A stretch of 55,485 bases of DNA from the NCBI RefSeq assembly GCF_001194135.2, contig NC_068985.1, forward strand, positions 51,307,128 to 51,362,612. Direction: 5' to 3'. How positions within the stretch are numbered: the stretch's first letter is position 1; the number at the start of each line of letters is the position of its first letter. Shown in pieces: positions 45,880 through 55,485 of the stretch. Below the pieces are notes generated by a model. It worked only from the letters and a program-made list of their open reading frames with translations. It searched no databases and was not told the origin of the DNA. This DNA comes from Octopus bimaculoides. Lineage: Eukaryota. The position numbers and the translations under genes were made by a program.

Positions 45880-46565
45880 GACTTGATTTTGAGTAAAGTC
45901 AACCCTTAAACATGAGCAGCAGGGATGTGGCTTTTCAGTCCCACTGGGAACTTACACCCTTTTGTACCGACATAGCAATGCTGGGCATTTCTTGCAGTAG
46001 GTGTTATAATATTGTTTTAGTGAACCTTCATATGACATTTCCATCTGCCCCCTGATGCACATTCTTTTCCACACCCCCTACAAGTTGATATGATGTACAG
46101 TGCAAGGTTAACAATTTTTCTCTGTGTGAGTGACTTTTTTGATGACTTCTAAGACCTGGGTTACCAAGACAGATATGCCCAAACTCGTTATATGTTAAAT
46201 CGGATTGTACACCAACATACTTAGGAAAATTCATATTAAGACCCTAATGAGTATCTTTCTTATTTCTTTATTGCCCACAAGGGGCTAAACATAGAGGGGA
46301 CAAACAAGGACAGACAAAAGGATTAAGTCGATTGCATCGACCCCAGTGCATAACTGGTATTTTATTTATTGACCCCGAGAGGATGAAAAGCAAAGTCGAC
46401 CTCGGCGGAATTTGAACTCAGAACGTAACGGCAGACGAAATACCGCTAAGCATTTCGCCCGACGTGCTAACGTTTCTGCCAGCTCGCCGCTTTGAATATC
46501 TTTCTTGAGCTGTTCATGCTCAAATTTCAATTGAATCCCCCTCCTCCACTACAAACAAGCACTTG
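45880..46565 (-). pseudogene. RTE-like LINE ORF C-terminus with three degenerate C2H2 zinc fingers, interrupted by an S2 SINE
   Basis: Minus frames: VVEEGDSIE/FEHEQLKK (RTE-like ..G..FE..R region), YNEFGHICLGNPGLRSHQKSH, TCRGCGKECASGGRWKCHMKVH, HCYVGTKGCKFPVGLKSHIPAAH; no TGEKP linkers; frameshifts and stops. Confidence 0.6.
46262..46490 (-). mobile_element. S2 SINE, full length, young, with TSD
   Basis: CpG-rich complete copy; TSD gagtatctttctt (46249-61) / gaatatctttctt (46494-506); carries a different tail (cccttgtgggcaataaagaaata on the element strand) from most S2 copies. Confidence 0.9.
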
Positions 46566-46870
46566 ATAGACGGAAACTGAAAGAAGCCCATCATATCTGT
46601 GTATGTGTGTGCATGTGTGTGTGTGTGTGTGTGTATCTTTGTCTTGACAACACATGAGTGTTGTAAATGAGTATCACTGTCATACAAGTAAGTATCGGCA
46701 TTCATTTCCAATATTTTGTGAAATTTGTCTGGCGATGGGGGAAATACTATGTTGCTTTGAAATAGGTGAGGGTTGGCAACAGGAAGTGCATCCAGCCATA
46801 GAAAAATCTGCCTCAGTAAATTCTGTCTGGCTCTTGCAAGGAAGGAAAAGGGACTTTGAAATAATAATAG
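46550..46870 (+). mobile_element. S1-type body joined to the S6/RTE-type tail
   Basis: gatagacggaaactgaaagaagccc + (TG)n + gtcttgacaac...ggggaaatact..gcttt gaaa.aggtgagggttggcaacaggaagtgcatccagccatagaaaaatctgcc. Confidence 0.7.
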
Positions 46871-46964
46871 TCATGATTAGCATTTTGCTGTTCCATGTAT
46901 CATATACGTTGCACCTATTATTTCTCATTAACTTTTTCTGAATTAAACCTAATTAATATTCCCT

Positions 46965-47720
46965 TATTCTTTCACTTGTTTCAGTTATTTGACTGTAGCC
47001 ATGCTGGAGCACCACCTTGAAGAATTTCAGTTGGAGTAATCAATGCCAGGAATTATTCTTTGTACTTATTCTATTGGTCTCTTTTGCTGAACTGCTAAGT
47101 TGTAGGGACCAACATCGACTGTCAAGCAATAGGGGCAGGAGAGGGGCAAATACAGACACACAGACACACACATATATATATATATTTACATAAGGGCATT
47201 ACTATACAAGAATGCCTCACGCTAAACTACCATAAACCATAATAAACACATTTTTAAAATGTGTTTATTATGGTAGTTTAGCGTGAGGCATTCTTGTATA
47301 GTAATGCCCTTATATAAATATAAATAAATATATTCTAGGGAATAAAGGATGGATTTTTTCTCTTATGAGGTTTTTTTCATGCTAGCTACTTGATAANNNN
47401 NNNNNNNNNNNNNNNNNNNNNNNNNNNNNNNNNNNNNNNNNNNNNNNNNNNNNNNNNNNNNNNNNNNNNNNNNNNNNNNNNNNNNNNNNNNNNNNNNNNN
47501 NNNNNNNNNNNNNNNNNNNNNNNNNNNNNNNNNNNNNNNNNNNNNNNNNNNNNNNNNNNNNTATACATATACAATGGGCTTCTTTTAGTTTCCGTCTAAC
47601 AAATCCACTCACAAGGTTTTGATTGGCCTGAGGCTATAGTGGAAGACACTTGCCCAAGGTGTCACACAGCAGGACTGAACCCAGAACCATGTGGTTGGGA
47701 AGCTTCCTACTACACAGCCA
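46965..47720 (-). mobile_element. S1 SINE split at its internal microsatellite by a PLE-like fragment (47180-47396) and a gap
   Basis: S1 tail 46965-47165, S1 head 47562-47720; insert homologous to 8370-8520. Confidence 0.75.
47180..47322. repeat. Spacerless palindrome at the end of the PLE-like fragment
   Basis: taagggcattactatacaagaatgcctcacgctaaactaccata(aaccata)ataaacacattt|aaatgtgtttattatggtagtttagcgtgaggcattcttgtatagtaatgccctta; centre ~47255; only a 7-nt duplication breaks symmetry. Confidence 0.9.
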
Positions 47721-48094
47721 GATCTATAATACTAAATTACTTTTCTAATATTACTTTCTTTTGCCTAACTACACATTATCACATATTTTTAAGAAAAGGG
47801 TTTAACAGGATATGTTCTTGTTCATATCTTTTTCAGTACTGTAAGTAATTTCGGAGATACTGTAGAGCTGCTAGTGTCATCTGAAACCAGTTTTTATTCC
47901 CTTTTGATCTAAAGCTTGTTTTCCTTTCACTTCAGTTTTACAAATGACATTCCAAACATTTTTTTTGCAATAAATGTCAATTACTGTGCATGCCAAATAA
48001 TCTAGATTTGGCCTCTTATAAAAAACACTGGCAAAAAGAAAAAAAAACTCAGTATTTAGAAAAGCTAGCCCCACTTCAATAATGGAGTGAATAA

Positions 48095-48483
48095 TGCAGG
48101 AAAAAACCATGAAAAAGGAGACCCAGGAAGACATGGGATGAAGTATTGAAGGCTGATCCCAAAATGCTAAACTTGACAAAGGAAATGACATAGGATCATG
48201 ATATGTGGTGTATTTCTGTACTTGAGAAGACCCACCAAGCACAACAGAATTGAGATCCTAAAATCAAGGTGCCATGTAAAAAGCATTGGTGTGGGTGGTG
48301 GTGCCACATAAAAAGCTTGTAGTACGCAATGTAAAGTGGTTGGCATTATGAAGGGCATCCAGCTGTTGAAACCAAGTCAAAACAGACTATGGAACCTGGT
48401 GTGGCACCTGACCTGGTCAGTTCCTGTCAAACCATCAAACCCATGTCAACATGGAAAATGGATGTTGAATGTTGATGATGATG
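48095..48483 (+). mobile_element. RTE LINE 3' fragment with ORF C-terminus
   Basis: KRRPRKTWDEVLKADPKMLNLTKEMT*DHDMWCISVLEKTHQAQQN* (RTE-type GRPRKTW..D..WR motif), followed by the family 3' UTR and (GAT)n. Confidence 0.85.
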
Positions 48484-48614
48484 GTGTGTGTGTGTGTGTG
48501 TGTGTACATGTGTATGTACACACGCACACATATATATATATATATTTATATATATGCACATGAGTGCCTCTTCAATGGATGTTGAATGTTGATGATGATG
48601 GTATGTGGATGTGC

Positions 48615-48657
<43 letters not shown>

Positions 48658-49054
48658 TGAGTGCCTCTTCAAACAACTAAGTCTGTGTACATCTTGGACT
48701 ATTATTATTCTTCCATTTATATGGAAAGTTCCATGACAACCTCACAACGTTGTTTTCAAGGTCTTGCATTTCTACTTCCACAAAATGATTAAACTCTTTT
48801 GATTTTTTTCTGTACATAAATAAAACCAAAATTTCATGCAAAATTTACAATGAATTATTGCAGAAATCTTATCATACCTACACTTTTTGAATTCATTCAT
48901 TGTCATGCAACGAGAGCTATGGGCTCGTCTGAATCATTGCACTTTCTGCATTTGGGTGAACAGCCTTGTTGTTGGTCTACCACCCAATTTACCCTTATAG
49001 CTCTGTTCTTATGCTGCAAAGATTATTGCTTAGGCTCATTTCTTTAGTACCCCT

Positions 49055-49435
49055 TTCCTTAGCTATAGTCAGCTGTCCTTACCCTCATTTATGATCAGAA
49101 GCATTCCAGCCTTAAACAAACCTGGATCACATTAACCAGTGAAAGGCAAGGTGTAATGATTTGAAAGAGAGTCAGCTGCTATTTCAAGCATGTCAACTGA
49201 CCAAATACCAGTACAGGTATTTTCTAGCCTGGATAACATTAATCAATCAAAGGTAAGGTGTAATAATGAAATGTAAGGCATAATAATATGCTATTTCTAG
49301 TATGTCAGGTGTATATATACCAGCACAGTTATTTTCTAGCCTGGATTGCATTTATCAGTGTATGATAAGGTATAATGATATGAAAGAGAGTTGGCTGCTA
49401 TTTCTAACATGTCAGATGATCATATAACAACAGCT
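49055..49435 (+). repeat. S4 repeat whose 3' part is tandemly triplicated (~107-112 bp unit)
   Basis: cctggat..catt...aaggtgtaatgat.tgaaagagagt..gctgctatttc..gcatgtca starts at 49121, 49228, 49340. Confidence 0.8.
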
Positions 49436-49529
49436 TTCATAGAGTTGATGTGATAGTAGTTGATCAAACAACTGGAAAGCTCACTGTCAAAACTGAGGCA
49501 AGATCCCACATCACCAGAAAAGATCAAAG

Positions 49530-49735
49530 AAGAAGAGCATTTTACTTGATTACTCAACCTGCTAGAAATAGCAGTTAAACCTCCTTCACATCACGACCTA
49601 TCATCAGAGAGAAGTACACAGTTAATTTGTTCCTGGGTTCACTACATATATATAAAAGACCTGGATGGCTATATTTGGAATACCTTCGATCATAGGCCAG
49701 TTGGACTGATGCTGACCTGAGGTTGAACTCCAACT
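49530..49735 (-). mobile_element. S4 repeat
   Basis: cctgctagaaatagcag..aaacctcc.tcacatcac...ggaatacct tcgatcatagg..ctgacctgagg. Confidence 0.6.
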
Positions 49736-50257
49736 TTAACAAACTCTCACTCCAACACTTGTATTGATATGAACCCCTCAGTGGTTACCCAAAATACTAG
49801 AAGATCTGTGTTGATATTTCCTCATTGCTGTTGAATGTCAAATAGTCTCTACTTCCAGACATCTTCTTAACCCATTTGATACCAACCAGCCTACAGATGC
49901 TCTTGGTTCTGTGATATAAACTTTCTGTTTTGAAGCCATCTAAATTAAAACTAACAAACAAGCTTGTTAAGAAAAATCTCTGTTAGAAATGAAGCCGTAT
50001 TTATACTGAGATGTAATGTTTATCAACACATAAACATGGGTGTTATATAAGAACAGATGATTCAGCTATTTTAACCACAGGAGGATGTCTCCTCCAGCTG
50101 GTTATTCAGTGCACTTTGTACTCGATATATATTACAAGCGGGGAGAGAACTTCCAACTATTCAAGCTTGGAGAACACTGTATCATGTAATTTCAGTCTTA
50201 TTAGATCATCCCCAGTGATGTATACTTGTCTGCTAGATATAGTGGTAGTCTACCTCA

Positions 50258-50641
50258 GTGGAGGCGCAATGGCCCAGTAGTTAGGGTAGCGGACTCGCGG
50301 TACTAGGATCGCGGTTTCGATTCCCAGACCGGGCGTTGTGAGTGTTTATTGAGCGAAAACACCTAAAGCTCCACGAGGCTCCAGCAGGGGATAGTGGCGA
50401 ACCCTGCTGTACTCTTCCACCACAACTTTCTCTCACTCTTACTTCCTGTTTCTGTTGTGCCTATAATTCAAAGGGCCAGCCTTGTCACTCTGTGTCACGC
50501 TGAATATCCCCGAGAACTACGTTAAGGGTACACATGTGTGTGGAGTGCTCAGCCACTTGCACGTTAATTTCACGAGCAGGCTGTTCCGTTGATCGGATCA
50601 ACTGGAACCCTCGTCGTTGTAAGCGACGGAGTGCCAACAAC
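50258..50641 (+). mobile_element. S3 SINE, full length, with perfect TSD
   Basis: TSD agtctacctca at 50247-50257 and 50642-50652; A/B boxes tggcccagtag / ggtttcgattcc; tail hairpin ctcgtcg..cgacggag + ccaacaac. Confidence 0.95.
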
Positions 50642-50754
50642 AGTCTACCTCAGCTCCCAATATACAGAAAAACAGTCACACAGTCACTGGTTGTGCAACT
50701 AGAAAACCAGTTCGTTAAGAAAATCTCTAGAGAGGATCAGATTAATAATTCCTT

Positions 50755-51120
50755 TTAATTTGGGCATGAGACCAGTAATATTAAGGGGAGGAGGCAAGTT
50801 GATTAACACTGACCCTAGTATTAAACTGACTGGTACTTATTTTATCAACCCCCAAGGGGATAAGAAGCAAAGTCAATCTCAGCGACATTTGAAATCTGAA
50901 CTTATAAAAAGTCAGAAGAAACGCTGCTAAGCATTTTGTTCCACACACAAGCATTTCTGCCAGCTCACCCCCTTATTAACTATAGTAATTATTTTTATTA
51001 TAAGCACAAGGCTCATTGATTAAATTGACCCCAGTGCATGACTGGTACTTATTTCATTCACCCTGAAAGGATGAAAAGAAAAGTTGATTTTGGTGGAATT
51101 TGAACTCAGAATGCAAAGAG
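50755..51120 (-). mobile_element. Two tandem S2 SINEs (second truncated by the S1 insertion)
   Basis: S2 core at 50810-50975 and 51020-51120. Confidence 0.75.
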
Positions 51121-51130
51121 TCAGTAAGCA

Positions 51131-51522
51131 TTTTTATTCTTTTATTTGTTTCAGTCATTTGACTGTGGCTATGCTGGGGCACTACTTTTAGTTGAACAAA
51201 TCAACCCCAGGACTTATTCTTTGTAAGCCTAGTACTTATCCTATTGGTCTCTTTTGCCGAACCGCTAAGTTACAGGGATGTAAACACACCAACATTGTTT
51301 GTCAAGCAATAGTGGGAGGGACAAACACAGACACTCAAACACACACACACACACACACATGACAGGCTTCTTTCAGTTTTTGTCTACCAAATCCACTCAC
51401 AAAGCTTTGGTCAGCCCGAGACTATAGTAGAAGGCACTTGGCAAAGGTGCCATGCAGTGAGACTGAACCCGGAGCCATGTGGTTAGTAAGCAAGCTACTT
51501 ACCACATAGCCACTCTTGTACC
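51131..51522 (-). mobile_element. S1 SINE, full length
   Basis: Tail to head cttaccacatagccactc. Confidence 0.9.
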
Positions 51523-51893
51523 TATCATCTTGTTCAACATTTTTTACTTGTTTCAGTCATTAGATAGTGGCCATGCTGGAGCACATGCTAACAATTCTGT
51601 CAGCACACACTCTTAAACATCAGATTAATAATAACGTTGACAAAATTCATTCTTTTCAAAAATAAATTGAAACAAAAGCAGAGTATTTCAATAGAAACTC
51701 GTTAACAAATGGGTTAAATATTGTCCTAACATAAGAACACAGGAAATGTGTCAAGGCCGACAGGAAGTGGTGCTGCTTCCTAGGGCTAAATAGCTGTAGT
51801 ATTATTCCCTTCGTGGGACTGTCACATTAAGTTGACAACTACTTTATCGTATCACTACTGCATAAATTTCTCTGAGAGATTTATCATTTTATA

Positions 51894-52061
51894 GGCGTAG
51901 GAGTGGCTGTGTGGTAAGTAGCTTGCTTACCAACCACATGGTTGCGGGTTCATTCCCACTGTGTGGCACCTTGGGCAAGTGTCTTCTATAGTCTCGGGCT
52001 GACCAAGGCCTTGTGATTGGATTTGGTAGACGGAAACTGAAAGAAGCTCGTCATATATATG

Positions 52062-52119
<58 letters not shown>

Positions 52120-52326
52120 TGTCTGTGTTTGTCTCCCCAACATCGCTTGACAACTGATGTTGGTGTGTTTACGTCGCCGTAACTTAGCGGTTCGACAAAA
52201 CAGACCGATAGAATAAGTACTAGGCTTACAAAGAATAAAGTCCTGGGGTCGATTTGCTCGACTAAAGGCAGTGCTCCAGCATGGCCACAGTCAAATGACT
52301 GAAACAAATAAAAGAGTAAAAGAGTA
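51894..52326 (+). mobile_element. S1 SINE, full length (reference + strand copy)
   Basis: ggcgtaggagtggctgtgtggtaag (A box)...gggttcattccc (B box)...(TA)n(TG)n...gactgaaacaaataaaagagtaaaagagta. Confidence 0.95.
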
Positions 52327-52599
52327 TCTTTTATCAAAGACAAATTAAGAGTTACTCTTATTGTTTCGCCCCACCACCACCCTCCATCTCAATTTCTGAA
52401 CAGAAGCTTTCTCCTCACGACCATGCCAATATATCCACTACTATATCTATAGTTGATTTCTTCGACCAACGACGGTGCTCCACCATGGCCGCAGTCATAT
52501 GACTGAAACAAGTAAAGCAATAAAAATCTATGCCATTTTAATCCTGAGCAAAGCTGGGTATGTCTGCTAGTACAGTAATATAACTTGCCGATTAGAACC

Positions 52600-52857
52600 A
52601 CATATAAAGCAACCATGTGACGGTGTCACGTATAAAGCAGCCATGTGCTGGTGCCGTGTATAAAGCATTTATGCTGATGCCACGTATAAAGCAACCAGTA
52701 TACTTTGTAAAGTGGTTGGCATTAGGAAGGGTATCCAACTGTAGAAACCATGCCAAAACAGACAATTGGACCGTGGTGCAGCTCTCCAGCTGGCCAGCTC
52801 CTGTCAAACTGCCCAACCCATGCCAGTATGGGAAACAGACGTTAAAGGATGATGATG
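52600..52857 (+). mobile_element. RTE LINE 3' fragment with four tandem UTR units
   Basis: (tataaagca..atg.g..g.tgcc.cg)x4, then gtggttggcattaggaagggtatcc...gttaaaggatgatgat. Confidence 0.75.
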
Positions 52858-52923
52858 GGAATGATTTGAAGGACGTCGCTGGTATATTAAACAGATTAAT
52901 ACTGAGTAGAGGCTCTTTTATTC

Positions 52924-53081
52924 AGACAACAAATTCAGGGAGGGGATAACCTTATAGACAATTTCAGGTGGGGTACAAAATACCAAGAGACAATTTCAGG
53001 TGGGGTATATCCTTAAGAGACAACGCTGGGTTGAACACAAACCCTTAAGAGACAATGTTGGGTGGGGGTACAACCCCTATA
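52924..53081. repeat. ~31-bp minisatellite, 5 degenerate units
   Basis: Units start agacaa at 52924, 52956, 52988, 53018, 53050; consensus approx agacaatttcaggtggggtacaacccttaag. Confidence 0.85.
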
Positions 53082-53199
53082 AACATTTAGATCTGACAAA
53101 TTACATGAACGCGATTTTGTAATTTCAACCTGATTGGCTCTTATTCGCCTTCACTACACGTTGAACTACAAATGACCTCCAGGTCAGACTGCTTAGATA

Positions 53200-54720
<1,521 letters not shown>

Positions 54721-55030
54721 CACCCATGAATGCCGTTATACAGTAGAGCCCCCTATCCATATCAAACAAGAACTACATAGAGATAAACACAATCTAAGCT
54801 AGAGTGAAACAGACAGAGATAGATATTGATTGAGACAAAGATCGATTCGTGTGATCAATAGATAAGGCAGATTATCGATGCCAATAATAATGATAATACT
54901 GATTCTTTTTACAATAAGAATGACAACAATATAAATAATAAACATAGAGAGCCGAAGACAGCCGCTATAATTTTATGATGATGGTGGTGGTGGTACTACT
55001 ACTACTACTACTACTAATAATAATAATAAT

Positions 55031-55244
55031 GGTTTCAAATTCTGCCACAAGGGCAGTAAATTTTGGGGAGGGGATGAGTCGATTACATCGACCTCCAGTG
55101 TTTCACTGGTACTAAATTTACTGACTCCCGAAAGGATGAAAGGCAAATTCAACCTCGGCGGAATTTGAACTCAGAACGTAAAAACGGACGAAATGCCACT
55201 GAGCATTTTGCCTGGTGTGCTAACGATTCTGCCAGCTCGCCGCC

Positions 55245-55245
<1 letters not shown>
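55031..55245 (-). mobile_element. S2 SINE, CpG-rich
   Basis: ggtttcaaattctgccacaagg...gtcgattacatcgac...cctcggcggaatttgaactcagaacg...ccagctcgccgcc. Confidence 0.9.
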
Positions 55246-55246
<1 letters not shown>

Positions 55247-55304
<58 letters not shown>

Positions 55305-55325
55305 GTAATAATAATAGTAATAATA

Positions 55326-55365
<40 letters not shown>

Positions 55366-55380
55366 CAACAACAACAACAA
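55247..55380. repeat. (AAT)n grading into (AAC)n microsatellite
   Basis: Direct reading. Confidence 0.95.
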
Positions 55381-55485
55381 GAGCACTCAGAGAGCGCAAA
55401 CCTCCGCCAAGGCAACACCCAGAGATGTTTTTAAAACGTGAATATCTGAAATAAACCCGATTGCTCTCACAAATGAGAATACTGA
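55376..55485. mobile_element. Start of another interspersed repeat (possibly Helentron/DINE-like), runs off the window
   Basis: aacaagagcactcagagagcgcaaacctccgccaaggc; the cctccgccaagg motif recalls non-autonomous Helitron-related elements (recollection, unverified). Confidence 0.35.

Noticed and set aside
45900-46234. Host C2H2 zinc-finger gene exon
   Set aside because: Fingers are in different frames, lack TGEKP linkers and follow an RTE-like segment; treated as a LINE tail relic.
47877-48242. 121-aa minus-strand ORF
   Set aside because: Largely antisense to the RTE C-terminal fragment on the + strand.
50258-50340. tRNA gene-like A/B boxes at S3, S1 and S5 heads (also 27395, 31364, 45520, 51894, 33286)
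   Set aside because: They continue into shared SINE bodies and tails, some with TSDs, and lack a complete acceptor stem; SINE heads, not tRNA genes.
52924-53081. CRISPR-like array (also 14305-14490, 49121-49435)
   Set aside because: Contiguous degenerate tandem units without unique spacers, no cas genes, eukaryotic context.

Overview
Repeat-dense, AT-rich eukaryotic genomic DNA from a gapped draft scaffold (12 N-runs, most flanked by microsatellites). The SINE families, microsatellite load and RTE tails point to a coleoid cephalopod, most likely Octopus (inference). No intact host protein-coding gene can be supported; the window reads as intron/intergenic sequence. Recognisable coding relics are a degraded mariner transposase (5641-6860), a Penelope-like (PLE) reverse transcriptase fragment (23097-23490, minus), a degraded PLE GIY-YIG C-terminus (~18700-19150), many 3' fragments of an RTE-clade LINE, and a second RTE-like tail ending in three degenerate C2H2 fingers (45880-46565). 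At least six SINE-like families (working labels S1-S6) and several MITE families (TTAA/piggyBac-like, hAT-like, pogo/Tigger-like) are present, often nested. The most interesting signals are: (i) two type I hammerhead ribozyme folds in PLE-derived DNA (23750-23820, 8249-8318); (ii) a TIR-bounded element carrying telomeric TTAGGG arrays, present once in normal form (41742-41922) and once as a head-to-head palindrome mimicking a telomere fusion (26081-26268); (iii) long foldback palindromes; (iv) a three-level nested insertion at TTAA; (v) an apparent CpG-retaining domain at ~25-32.5 kb between CpG-depleted domains. All alignments and coordinates were read by eye; element boundaries are approximate unless a TIR/TSD is quoted.
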